From IMG/VR virus record IMGVR_UViG_3300045988_077974: a DNA stretch of 57,763 nt; one strand, given 5' to 3'. Positions 41,650 through 50,957 of the stretch are shown in pieces. The stretch comes from a virus. A program made the translations under genes and the position numbers. Position 1 is the first letter of the stretch. Each line of letters opens with the position of its first letter. The notes under the pieces are model-generated. The model was given only the letters and a program-made list of their open reading frames with translations. It was not told the DNA's origin and did no database searches.

Positions 41650-42269
41650 AAAATGCCCTCCTTAATCAAATTCTTTCTAGCTTTTTTTGCGTTCTCACAA
41701 TTAGCCATTTTTACCATTTTCTCATAATGAAATTCACAAACTTTGTATCCAGGCTTTAATGGTTTGTCGCAAAAAGTACATAAACCCAAAATATGCCTAT
41801 CCGACCTTTTACGCCTTGTATAATATCCGCTCCTTATTCTTTTCTGTTCAAGTATTTTAGCATGACAAATTTCGCACATTCTTCCATTTGCCGCCGGTCT
41901 TTTTTTGCAGTTAGGGCAAATGCCGGCATCTATCAGTTCGTGATATCTTCTGTTTTGAGATTTCTTGTGCTGTTCGTTTATCTTCTTTCCGTTTTTTTCT
42001 CTTGCCTTTTGCATCCATTCAGCTTTCTTGGCTCTGCATTCCGGGCAATTCTTTTCTTCTCCAAAAATCTTATTTTTTCCGCATATAGGACATATCCCGT
42101 GTTCTTTATACCATTTTCGTGATTCATTTTCGTATTTCTTATGCTTTTCGTTGCAAGAAATACAAATGGAACCTTTTCTGTCCAATGGCTTTCCACATTT
42201 TCCACAAAGTCCTTGTGCAACTCTTTTTCTATAAAGAGTTTTTACAGCTTCACAATGCTTCGTAGTCAT
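41643..42269 (-). CDS. Multi-zinc-ribbon protein (repeated CxxC pairs)
   Basis: CGKCGK..CISC, CPICG..CPEC, CPNC..CEIC, CTFC..CEFH. Confidence 0.6.
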   Translation of the reverse strand: MTTKHCEAVKTLYRKRVAQGLCGKCGKPLDRKGSICISCNEKHKKYENESRKWYKEHGICPICGKNKIFGEEKNCPECRAKKAEWMQKAREKNGKKINEQHKKSQNRRYHELIDAGICPNCKKRPAANGRMCEICHAKILEQKRIRSGYYTRRKRSDRHILGLCTFCDKPLKPGYKVCEFHYEKMVKMANCENAKKARKNLIKEGILW

Positions 42270-42270
42270 A

Positions 42271-43116
42271 TTATCCCTCCTGTCTCCTAATAGCGTTTAT
42301 CAACTCATACATATTTTCTTTAGCAATCCTATCTCTCACGCTTTCCTCCGGGAACGGTAATACAAAAGACCTCTCCTTGATACGGTTTACAATGCGATCA
42401 TCGTATCCGAGATTTTCTATGCCGGAATTGCTGGTGTAAATCGTCACATTTTTGTCCATATAGCGTGAATTGATAATTTGATAAAACCTTTCGCTTATCC
42501 ACGCCTTTTCACCCTGTTCCACATCGAAATCGTCAATAATTAACACTTCCGTGTTGGATAACTGGTTAATCAGCTCGCTTTCGCTCTGATATTCCGAGTT
42601 TTTATCCCAGCTTTTCTTGATTTCTGCCAAAATTTGCAGCGAAGTAGCGAATTTAACCTGTATACCCTTGTCCATCAATTCATTAGCAAGACTAACCGCC
42701 ATTCTGGTTTTTCCGCTCCCTTTAGTTTGTGAGTAAATGTACAAGCCCTTCCCTTGCCCTTTTAAGGCACTAAAATTATTTAGGTAATAGTTTATACCTT
42801 TGACAGCATTTCGTGCCGCATTTTGGCAATTAGGGCTATTGTAGGCGGCAATATCAAAACTGCTGATGCGTAATTTGCTAAAATTCGACGGCAAATTAGC
42901 AAATCGCATCCGATTTTCTTCAATCTGCCTCCTGCGGATACCACACTTACACTCCCGGCAGAATGTGTAACCGTCTTTCTCATATTCTTCCCACCCAGTA
43001 TCGTTACATACCGGGCAGGAATGCTTTGGTTCTTCATCAATGTGCCTCTCGGAAGAATTTCTCATAATCTGAATATCCGCCATCACTTTGTCTATTGTCC
43101 TGTCTATTACATCCAT
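42271..43116 (-). CDS. DnaC/IstB-like AAA+ helicase loader
   Basis: Walker A GLYIYSQTKGSGKTRMAVSLANEL and Walker B VLIIDDFD, with an N-terminal CPVC..CREC zinc motif. Start uncertain (43116, 43083 or 43170). Confidence 0.8.
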   Translation of the reverse strand: MDVIDRTIDKVMADIQIMRNSSERHIDEEPKHSCPVCNDTGWEEYEKDGYTFCRECKCGIRRRQIEENRMRFANLPSNFSKLRISSFDIAAYNSPNCQNAARNAVKGINYYLNNFSALKGQGKGLYIYSQTKGSGKTRMAVSLANELMDKGIQVKFATSLQILAEIKKSWDKNSEYQSESELINQLSNTEVLIIDDFDVEQGEKAWISERFYQIINSRYMDKNVTIYTSNSGIENLGYDDRIVNRIKERSFVLPFPEESVRDRIAKENMYELINAIRRQEG

Positions 43117-43798
43117 CATTGCCTCCCTTGTAATTCTTGTCCAGATAATCAACAAACGGTGTGGCAGCACTAAGAAATGTCGTTCCGTGCTTTATGTACT
43201 CCGTAGGCGTGCCTTTCTTTTTGCATTCATCCGCATAATTTCTGACGGCTTCTAAAAGCTCCGCCTCGGAATAACCGCTGTTTACTCTGGAACAGTAACA
43301 CTCATATGCCTTACCCTTGTTGATTTTCCGTGGGTAAATTTTCCAAAATTCCTCAAATGCACATATATATTTCTTTCTTTCTTTACTTCTTACATTCTTT
43401 ATATTCTTGTTTTGTGGTTCGTCTGATGGTTCGTCTGATGGTTCGTCTGATGGTTCACCAAAATTTTCGTACCCTTGATAAACCCCGTAATTTACTACGG
43501 TTATGAGCGTTCCTCTCTTGGTTCGTTCTGTGTACAACATTTGTTCACTTTCCAGTTCACTCAAGTAACGCTTAACCTTGTTCCGAGACCATCGCCAACG
43601 TGACGCTAATTTGTCAATACTGAACATATATGATCCACGCTTCACAGACTTAACAACTCCATCAACCATCATCTTCTTATCATTGTGTTGCATAAGAAGA
43701 AGCAGATCCACCCAGGCACTTCTTTTGTCAAACGGTTCGTTAGATTGCCAAATACAGCAGTCAACCATTTTCCTGTAAAGTTTTATCCATCCGTCCAC
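43037..43798 (-). CDS. DnaD/replisome-organiser-like replication protein
   Basis: The N-terminal WIKLYRKMVDCCIWQS..F..R.AWVDLLLL pattern and the C-terminal FEEFWKIYPRK segment are typical of phage replication organisers. Immediately upstream of the loader. Confidence 0.6.
   Translation of the reverse strand: MDGWIKLYRKMVDCCIWQSNEPFDKRSAWVDLLLLMQHNDKKMMVDGVVKSVKRGSYMFSIDKLASRWRWSRNKVKRYLSELESEQMLYTERTKRGTLITVVNYGVYQGYENFGEPSDEPSDEPSDEPQNKNIKNVRSKERKKYICAFEEFWKIYPRKINKGKAYECYCSRVNSGYSEAELLEAVRNYADECKKKGTPTEYIKHGTTFLSAATPFVDYLDKNYKGGNDGCNRQDNRQSDGGYSDYEKFFREAH
43416..43456. repeat. 12-bp tandem repeat x3.4 (encodes EPSDEPSDEPSDEP linker)
   Basis: ggttcgtctgat at 43416-43427, 43428-43439 and 43440-43451, plus a partial unit. 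Confidence 0.9.
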
Positions 43799-43812
43799 AA
43801 TTCACATCACCT

Positions 43813-44031
43813 TTATCTGTCTACCCATTCTATGCCGCCACCGTGACCACCACGGTGACAAACAATATTATCTTTGTAAACTTTCTTTAAATACGCCATA
43901 TCATAACGGATCGTACGTGTAGTAACGCCCAAAACTTCTTGCAATTCCGATGCCGTGCAAAATTTTTCACGTTTCAATATTTCAACAATCCGCATTTGTC
44001 TTTCGTTCACTCCATGAAGACCCATCACCAC
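43813..44031 (-). CDS. Small HTH (DeoR/HTH_11-like) regulator
   Basis: RQMRIVEILKREKFCTASELQEVLGVTTRTIRYDMAYLKK. Confidence 0.6.
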   Translation of the reverse strand: MVMGLHGVNERQMRIVEILKREKFCTASELQEVLGVTTRTIRYDMAYLKKVYKDNIVCHRGGHGGGIEWVDR

Positions 44032-44261
44032 ACCACCTTAGTTACAGTGCCACAATTAGGACATTTAACGTCAATACACGGATTTTCATTTTCTGGTAAA
44101 AGATTTTCCTCTATAAGCCGTATTGCGTAGTCAATTCCGTAAAACTGACCGTCTTCAAAACAATTATCAGGTCCATACGTTTCATCGGTCACACCACTAT
44201 CTGCCAGCTCTTTTTTTAAATCCTGTAAAACCTCCATCACTGACATTTTCTTATTTTCCAT
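44025..44261 (-). CDS. Hypothetical protein with a C-terminal zinc ribbon
   Basis: ORF track. CIDVKCPNCG motif. Confidence 0.5.
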   Translation of the reverse strand: MENKKMSVMEVLQDLKKELADSGVTDETYGPDNCFEDGQFYGIDYAIRLIEENLLPENENPCIDVKCPNCGTVTKVVW

Positions 44262-44272
44262 TTTTCTCTACC

Positions 44273-45894
44273 TCATTTCTGTTCAATATTCAAATTCTTA
44301 AACATAGCACACATAACATCTACGACTATGCTGTTGCCAAACTGCTTGTATAGCTGCGAATTACTATTTACTTCTTCCATTTTGGAAATATCTTCATCGG
44401 ATACAGCCATAAGACGCCCGCATTCTCTAGGTGTTAATTTTCTAATCCTATATTGTGGCTCAATCACAAGGTTATCTTTCTGCACACTTGTCAGACAATT
44501 ACTGGTTCTTTGCGTATTCACTTCTAATCTCTGTTCTGTTGGTCTACCCACGGACCTATCGGACGGATTATCGGGATTTCTGCCACGCATAGCAACTATC
44601 TGACTTTCAAAAATTTTCGGTTCTTGACCGCCACCTTGCATAGTACTCAATGTTGGACTACACCCCCCACATCATAAATTCGGTTCGTGCTTTCAAATTT
44701 GCTTTCAAGCGAACCTATCACTTTAACTTCATTCATTAAAACAACTCCTAAATCGTGCTTTTCAGCTTTCACACACCTTGCGATGGGAAATATACCTCTT
44801 TGAAATTTCTCTGAAACTTCCGTGTAAATACTTCCTATTAATTCCATTCAATCACTCCGTTACTTCCATAATTATCAAAGCCTTTGTAGTCTCTCGCTCT
44901 CAATGTTGTTGCAATATAAATTTGTTTATCTAATGTTGCTCCTTGGTCTTTCAACAACACAGTTTCCATCTGACCGCAAGTTGCTGATTCCTGCGTCATA
45001 TTTTGCCTTGATGCAGTTTGCAACTTCTCTTCTTCCCGGTTCACAAATTGTTCCGTCAACGCAAGTCTGCTCTGCTCTGCTCTGCTCTGCTCTGCTCTGC
45101 TCTGCTCTGCTCTTAGGGATTTTATCTGGCAATGTTCCGTTGTCAATAAGTGTCTGAATAAGTTTCTGTGCCTTTTCATTGTTAATGTAATACTTTTCTT
45201 CTACATTTTCCTCTAAGTAGTCTTTAAGTTTCTTTTTGAGTGGTATAGGGTTAGGAAACTTGTAATTATATTCTCCTAAGAATGAAAACATAAAGCATCT
45301 TTCCCTATTCTGTGCTACACCATAGTTCTTAGCATTTAAGTCTTGCCAGTAATTCACATATCCCAAACTTTCAAGGAAATCTAGCCACTTTCTAAAATCC
45401 GGCATATTGTCTTGACTATGTACCTGTGGCACATTCTCCATAAACAGTATCTGCGGAAGTTCTCCGTTGCTATCTCTGATTTCAGTTAAAATTCTCTCAA
45501 CTTCCCACAGTAGACCGCTTCTTGTACCACTACCCTTAGACATTCCGGCTTGTTTTCCGGCAACTGATAAATCCGTACAAGGGAATGAATAGGTAAGTAA
45601 ATAGGTGAATGCTGCTGTGTCACAAATGTTTAAATCTTCTGCGTGGACCTTTGTTATATCCATTGTAGGAAAATTCGTTCCGTGTACTGCGTTATAACTT
45701 GCAATAGCATACTTATCAAACTCCACAACTCTGTAATGTTCAAATTTTGCACCTATTTTCTTTAACGCCATAGCCTGCGAACCATATCCGGCAAATAATT
45801 CTATCAATCGGATAGGCTTTGTTATGCTAATTGGTTCTCTTGTGAAGTCAAATATAGACATCTGATTATCACAAGAATAATTTTCAAAATTCAT
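44273..45894 (-). pseudogene. DNA (cytosine-5)-methyltransferase with several TRD-like modules, split over four reading-frame segments
   Basis: Motif I ELFAGYGS, IV SFPCTDLS, VI ENV and VIII QNRER lie in 44926..45894. TRD-like pieces are VANCIKAKYDAGISN..GNCVVE, ATTLRARDYKGF..NGVIE and RIYDVGG/SPTLSTMQGGGQEPKI. Motifs IX RKLTPRECGRLM and X GNSIVV lie in 44273..44650. Frame changes occur near 44930, near 44845 and at the C6 run 44663-44668. Confidence 0.8.
45066..45113. repeat. Pentanucleotide microsatellite (tctgc)9.6, (GCAGA)n on the coding strand
   Basis: Nine full units at 45066-45110 plus tct. Encodes (SRAEQ)3 between motif VIII and the first TRD of the methyltransferase. Confidence 0.95.
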
Positions 45895-45960
45895 TTTCTC
45901 TTACCAAAAGGAAACCTCGGTTTTATGTCCGGACAACCTATTCCTTTCTTTGATTTTTAG

Positions 45961-46236
45961 TTAGTTATCTTCTTTTCTTTCAAAATCCTCGCAAGATACA
46001 TTAAGCAAGCAACCACATTGTTCGCTTTCTCCCATTGCATAATATGTCTTATATCTGTAAGAGTTTTTGCAGTTAAAGCAGAAATCACTGCCACTATTCA
46101 GCTTGCAACTTGTCTTTTTATCTTCCAACTTTTTCCCGATACTCTCGTTTGTCCTTTTGAGTTTCTCTAGATTTTCCTGTAATTCCTCTAAATCTTCAAT
46201 GAGTTTATTGTATTTCTTTTTACTTAAAATCTTCAT
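45961..46236 (-). CDS. Hypothetical coiled-coil / Cys-rich protein
   Basis: ORF track. Confidence 0.55.
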   Translation of the reverse strand: MKILSKKKYNKLIEDLEELQENLEKLKRTNESIGKKLEDKKTSCKLNSGSDFCFNCKNSYRYKTYYAMGESEQCGCLLNVSCEDFERKEDN

Positions 46237-46538
46237 TTTGAATCACCCTTTCCGTTCCTATATTCTTCTATTGCCTCGTCAACTTTGTCTTTGCCCCAAT
46301 CTGCACTATAGTACCATTCAACAGCTTTAAAAACAGGACTTAACATTTCAAAGAGCGTTTCCACTCTTATTTTAGCTGATTTGATATATTCAACTAACCG
46401 CATTGTATCTTTCGCCACATCTTCATATCCGTTTTGATTGAGATAATCAGCCATTTCTTCCAACAATTCAATATTTCCAGACTGTATAAGTTCATCAGCT
46501 TCTCTGGAATACAGATAGCTCCAACTTCCACCGCTCAT
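46233..46538 (-). CDS. Hypothetical protein
   Basis: ORF track. Overlapping stop/start. Confidence 0.55.
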   Translation of the reverse strand: MSGGSWSYLYSREADELIQSGNIELLEEMADYLNQNGYEDVAKDTMRLVEYIKSAKIRVETLFEMLSPVFKAVEWYYSADWGKDKVDEAIEEYRNGKGDSK

Positions 46539-47128
46539 TATTCCTCACCTACTTTCAATAAATCCATAAACTTCTCATACTGCCTTTGAGAAATTTTATT
46601 GTGCTTCTTATCCTCTCTGATTTCAATTTTAAGGTGTTTTTCTGCAATAGAGGATAATTCCCTCGCCAAGTTCTTTTCACCCTGTTTTAGACCGTCTCTG
46701 TATCCTCTGGAGGGCTTAAACTCATTTATCTTTTCCTTTCCCTCTCCTTGACCGCCAGCCGTCTTGTTATATCTGCACTGATAACCTTTCTTTGTGTATT
46801 CCAAAATCCAATACTGTTCCATTTTGTCAAGCTCCGATTTTGGATAGTTGATAAAATTCAGTTTCCATCCATAAGGGTTTTCCTCGCCGGAAAACCCCCT
46901 TTTCTTAATGGAAAGGTCAATATGCTGATACCCTGTTAAGTGACCGCACATTCTCTGGATGATGTTCACTGCTTGTCCGATGTAAAAATACGAAATATCG
47001 TTTTCGTCTGTACGGGTAAGAAAGTAAATGCCGCTACGGTCATTCAGATTAGGATTCACTTTCAGAAGCCGCTCACAGTTCTTCTTCTCGACAGCTTTGA
47101 TTTTCGCTATGTTTTTATACTGACTCAT
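46538..47128 (-). CDS. GIY-YIG nuclease-domain protein (free-standing, homing-endonuclease-like)
   Basis: GIYFL...YFYIGQAVNIIQRMCGH...YWILEY...YNKTAGG fits GIY-YIG motifs. Confidence 0.7.
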   Translation of the reverse strand: MSQYKNIAKIKAVEKKNCERLLKVNPNLNDRSGIYFLTRTDENDISYFYIGQAVNIIQRMCGHLTGYQHIDLSIKKRGFSGEENPYGWKLNFINYPKSELDKMEQYWILEYTKKGYQCRYNKTAGGQGEGKEKINEFKPSRGYRDGLKQGEKNLARELSSIAEKHLKIEIREDKKHNKISQRQYEKFMDLLKVGEE

Positions 47129-47328
47129 TCCGCAGCTCCTTTCAGCTTATCCGAAATTTCTTTGATTGTATTTTCTTCGATACAATCACCTTTTTCGAGA
47201 ACTTCCATAAGCTCCTCCGAAAATTTGTCATAACAGCGATTTTCAAAGTCCTGCAAAGTTTCGTGCAAGCAATCCCAACTACTGCATTTGCTATTCACAT
47301 AATGAACGCAACTTTTACATTCTCGCAT
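47125..47328 (-). CDS. Hypothetical Cys-rich protein
   Basis: Start at 47328 behind AAGGAGGA. Confidence 0.5.
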   Translation of the reverse strand: MRECKSCVHYVNSKCSSWDCLHETLQDFENRCYDKFSEELMEVLEKGDCIEENTIKEISDKLKGAAE

Positions 47329-47332
47329 AAAA

Positions 47333-47581
47333 TCAATCCTCCTTAATGTGATTTTTGAGGGTTTCAAGAATGCCGGAAAGAATGTCAACCGATTCTTTTC
47401 TGATTTCCTTTTCGCTCATAAGACCTCTTTTGTAAGATCGTTCCACCATTTCTTTTGCCTCGTCTTTTCCGTAATTTTCAGTCAGACTTTCAACCATACC
47501 TTTTGTAAGTGATGAAAATTCTGCCAAAATAATTGTAGTTGTCCCGTTGATTTCAACTTCTCCCATATTTGATTTAATCAT
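47333..47581 (-). CDS. Hypothetical protein
   Basis: ORF track. RBS AGGAGGTAAAAAATT. Confidence 0.55.
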   Translation of the reverse strand: MIKSNMGEVEINGTTTIILAEFSSLTKGMVESLTENYGKDEAKEMVERSYKRGLMSEKEIRKESVDILSGILETLKNHIKED

Positions 47582-47609
47582 AATTTTTTACCTCCTAAAA
47601 TTTAATTTT

Positions 47610-47786
47610 TTATGCTTCACTTTTTAAAAACTCAATAATTCTCGGTACGCAAATTTCCTCTGCACCGCTGCAGCTGTCGCAATCTTCATCACAGGAAACG
47701 AATTTAGCCGTTCCCTCTGAGACGCCGTAAAGAAACTCCGCCAGCTCTTCTGCTGACATTCCCTTAATTCTTTGAAATTCTGTCAT
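47610..47786 (-). CDS. 58-aa ORF, third member of the ...MSxEELAEFL...FLKSEA family
   Basis: Hand translation MTEFQRIKGMSAEELAEFLYGVSEGTAKFVSCDEDCDSCSGAEEICVPRIIEFLKSEA. GGAGGAGGAAG RBS. Confidence 0.5.
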   Translation of the reverse strand: MTEFQRIKGMSAEELAEFLYGVSEGTAKFVSCDEDCDSCSGAEEICVPRIIEFLKSEA

Positions 47787-47797
47787 TCTTCCTCCTC

Positions 47798-48352
47798 CTA
47801 TTCTGCTTCTGATTGAAGCTCTTTAATCCACCCATCATAATCCCATAAGCTTCCACATATAATATCACTTGTTACAGTTGTTAGAAATTCTGCTAACTCT
47901 TCATCCGACATATTCCTTATCCTGTCAGCATTGGTGTGGCTGTCACTTTCCACAATTTCAAAATATGTATCAATGTAACCTAATACAATTTTTAAGTCGT
48001 AAGAACTATATCCGATAGAATAATCTTCTTTGCCAACCTCTCTGTACTTCACTTCGTAATATGGTTTGTTGCCTATCATTCGTACAATTATTTCTAAGCT
48101 ATCTACCTTGACTATTTCAGCATTGGTCTGTCTGCTGTCACATCTGCAACAAGGCTCATTATCTCTCGAATTGCTGTTGTGCTGGCAGTTACAAGCATGA
48201 GCTTTTTCTTTTGTAGCTAAGTCAAGATAATATTTCAAATCTTTTATCAAACTGATAGTTCCGTAGAGTTGTTTTTCCTCAAGCATTTCAACAACTTCCG
48301 ATATTCTTCTATCAAAGTCACGCTTGTTTACGTTTTCAAGGAATTTATCCAT
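47798..48352 (-). CDS. Hypothetical protein with a C-terminal NADRIRNMSDEELAEFL...LQSEAE module
   Basis: ORF track. Shares DNA repeats with 41258..41464. Confidence 0.6.
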   Translation of the reverse strand: MDKFLENVNKRDFDRRISEVVEMLEEKQLYGTISLIKDLKYYLDLATKEKAHACNCQHNSNSRDNEPCCRCDSRQTNAEIVKVDSLEIIVRMIGNKPYYEVKYREVGKEDYSIGYSSYDLKIVLGYIDTYFEIVESDSHTNADRIRNMSDEELAEFLTTVTSDIICGSLWDYDGWIKELQSEAE

Positions 48353-48812
48353 TTTCTCCGCCTCTCAATTCTTTCAGTCTTGCTTTTACTTTTTCCTCTG
48401 TAGAAAAATACTTGCAATTTTCCTTATCAATATTCTCAATCTCGTATATCGCAAGCTCCCTTATAGATCTTTTCATAACCATTGAATACTTTGGATTGTT
48501 TATATCAACAATGAAATACACATCTTTGCAGGGTAGAAGAACAAGTCTGCCTTGTTCTTCTAAATCCTTATACTTTCTCCACTTGTCAACATCACCATCA
48601 GTCAGTACGATTGCTTTCTTCGGATGATGGCAACCATCGGGGATATGCTGACGGAAGATTCTTGCAAGTTCCTCTAGCGGTACGCCGATAAGCTCCTCTA
48701 AATCCTCATAATCAGCTAATTTTATAGCGGCTGATATATAATCATGGTTTTTGACCCATACCCCAGACTCTCCATCTGGGACATTATCAATCCTTTCTGT
48801 TAATCTCTCCAT
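48345..48812 (-). CDS. Hypothetical protein
   Basis: ORF track. Confidence 0.55.
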   Translation of the reverse strand: MERLTERIDNVPDGESGVWVKNHDYISAAIKLADYEDLEELIGVPLEELARIFRQHIPDGCHHPKKAIVLTDGDVDKWRKYKDLEEQGRLVLLPCKDVYFIVDINNPKYSMVMKRSIRELAIYEIENIDKENCKYFSTEEKVKARLKELRGGENG

Positions 48813-48830
48813 TACTGCTCCTTTCTGCCT

Positions 48831-48980
48831 TTAATCGTCCTTTTCTTCAAAATCATCGCAACTATCATCATACATAGTTGCTATTCTGTAATTGTCGCTA
48901 TCGGTATTGCGACAATAAAATTCCTTTTCTGTTGTAGAATACTTGTTATATTTGCATTCTCCGCAAATTTCTCTAGCCAT
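48831..48980 (-). CDS. 49-aa Cys-rich ORF (MAREICGECKYNKYSTTEKEFYCRNTDSDNYRIATMYDDSCDDFEEKDD)
   Basis: Hand translation. AAAGGAG RBS. Confidence 0.45.
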   Translation of the reverse strand: MAREICGECKYNKYSTTEKEFYCRNTDSDNYRIATMYDDSCDDFEEKDD

Positions 48981-48992
48981 ATAATCTCCTTT

Positions 48993-49730
48993 CTAAAACG
49001 GACACTCATTAGGATTTTTCGAATCCCAACTTTTCCCTGCTACTGCGACATCTACATTCGCCACAGGAGCGACTTTTTTCATCTTCTTGATAAAACTATC
49101 ACTATCGGAATTTTCACTCGATAAATGGCACATTATGACGTTCTGCAGGCGGTCTGAATAATTCTCCTTGACAAAATCACAAGCCGTGTCGATGGATAAA
49201 TGACCTCTGAAAACGTGATTGTTTTTAGCCGGATTGCTCCAGTCAACCATATCTTTGTCGTAATTGACACCAAGAAGAATATGGTCAATATCCTTAAATC
49301 TCCATTTGATAACTTCGCAATCGGTTATGTAAAGCATTCTCCCCATTTCCTTGTGAGTAATCAGAAAGCCGAATATCGGGCAAGGCTCGCCGTTTGCGTT
49401 TGTATGTGTCCAGTTTCCATCCATTGTTGTTAAATCAAATATTCTTACAGTAAAATAAGAATTTGCTAGAAACTGGTTCATAAGCAAGGTTTCATATGGC
49501 TTACATATTGGAATACCCATAGCTTCAAAATCTTTTACCGACTTGCTATGGTCAAGGTGCCGATGGGTGCATAACACACCCACAACATCTTTAATGTTCC
49601 AGTCTAATCCTTTTTTAATCTCCTTAATCGGTATTCCACAATCAAGGATAAGTGTTTCTCCGCTGTCGGAAGTTAGCGTATAGCAATTTCCGGCTGACGA
49701 TGAACCTAAGCATTTTAATCTCATACTCAC
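48993..49730 (-). CDS. Metallo-beta-lactamase-fold hydrolase (probable nuclease of the recombination module)
   Basis: LCTHRHLDHSKS (HxHxDH) motif, and the C-terminal MCHLS motif. Confidence 0.8.
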   Translation of the reverse strand: MSMRLKCLGSSSAGNCYTLTSDSGETLILDCGIPIKEIKKGLDWNIKDVVGVLCTHRHLDHSKSVKDFEAMGIPICKPYETLLMNQFLANSYFTVRIFDLTTMDGNWTHTNANGEPCPIFGFLITHKEMGRMLYITDCEVIKWRFKDIDHILLGVNYDKDMVDWSNPAKNNHVFRGHLSIDTACDFVKENYSDRLQNVIMCHLSSENSDSDSFIKKMKKVAPVANVDVAVAGKSWDSKNPNECPF

Positions 49731-50065
49731 ACCTCGATTTCTTCATCCCGCGGGAATTGAAAAACATTCATATTGCGATATTGTTTATTAATAGAATTCA
49801 CTTCATCCTCGTTCAATTCCCTTTCCATATATTCAGCGGTACCGTTTGCAATGACTTTCATCACCTCTAATTTACCGTATGCTTCTCTAAGCATTTCCAT
49901 AGCCTTAACCGCTTTTTCTTCGGTTGAATATGTGGCTATCTTTGTACCTTTGCAACCACCAGTAGACGGAACAATCTTTATTACACGTCCATCCATATAG
50001 TCAATAAACAAAGTGCTGTTTTCATATGGATAATCGCATTTCCCATCCTGTGATATAACCCTCAT
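49727..50065 (-). CDS. Hypothetical protein
   Basis: ORF track. Overlapping stop/start. Confidence 0.55.
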   Translation of the reverse strand: MRVISQDGKCDYPYENSTLFIDYMDGRVIKIVPSTGGCKGTKIATYSTEEKAVKAMEMLREAYGKLEVMKVIANGTAEYMERELNEDEVNSINKQYRNMNVFQFPRDEEIEV

Positions 50066-50066
50066 A

Positions 50067-50957
50067 CTACGCCTCCTCCGCTTTCATAAATTCCGGCAAA
50101 TCATCGTTTTCCTCCGCTGTCGCATCGTCAACATCGGTCGCAACGCTGTCGATAACGTCTGATTCGTCAAAATCAACGCTGTTTGCGTTCTGCTCAATAT
50201 CGTACTCGACATCTTTCTCGATCATTTCCTGCTCACTGACAACATTCAAATCGTCAATGTCGATCTCTGTGCCGGTATGCGAATTGTTGATATATTTCAG
50301 AAGCCGGTTTTTCACCGTTTTCATTGCCATCTGATCCGGAAACTTCTGGTGAGTTCCATTTCCATTCTCTTTGTATCCGTACCCCTGCTGCCAAGACTGC
50401 TTAATCTGATCCATCGTCATTACTTCCGAAATAATTTCCCCGTCATCCATAACAGCCACGGCATAAGCACCAATAATGTTATCATTGCTCATATTTTCAA
50501 AGGACTGCTCGTGAGAATCAATCACCGTCTTTGCGTTTTCCTTATGAAATTTGAAGATATCGCCTTTATAAATCACAGAAGCATTGATATCTTTCAGCCC
50601 AAAACGTCTCGCAATGCAGGTGTTTCCGTAAACGGAACGCTGACATTGTAATTTACCGCCATATGCGACTGGATAGCACTGCTTCTTTCTCATAGAAAGA
50701 CCGTCAGTGACCATTTCAATAAGGGCGTTTTCAATACTTGCTCTGCTGCAACTTTGCAAAACAGGCTTTTTATTTCTGTCAGTAGTCTCCTGTAAAATAA
50801 GCATTGCCGACATAAACTCATTGGTATAGTTGTAATCTTTCGGAAACGTCAAACCGAATTGCTCTTTCTGCTTGATCTTTACGACCATTCCCTCTGTGAA
50901 ATCTTTTGCAACCAGTTCTTTGCTTTCTGCTTCTTTAATTTCATTCTCCATAGTCAT
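50067..50957 (-). CDS. recT: RecT-family single-strand annealing protein
   Basis: MRKKQCYPVAYGGKLQCQRSVYG...IIGAYAVAVMDDGE...MTMDQIKQSW is a typical RecT core, with an acidic tail. Confidence 0.85.
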   Translation of the reverse strand: MTMENEIKEAESKELVAKDFTEGMVVKIKQKEQFGLTFPKDYNYTNEFMSAMLILQETTDRNKKPVLQSCSRASIENALIEMVTDGLSMRKKQCYPVAYGGKLQCQRSVYGNTCIARRFGLKDINASVIYKGDIFKFHKENAKTVIDSHEQSFENMSNDNIIGAYAVAVMDDGEIISEVMTMDQIKQSWQQGYGYKENGNGTHQKFPDQMAMKTVKNRLLKYINNSHTGTEIDIDDLNVVSEQEMIEKDVEYDIEQNANSVDFDESDVIDSVATDVDDATAEENDDLPEFMKAEEA

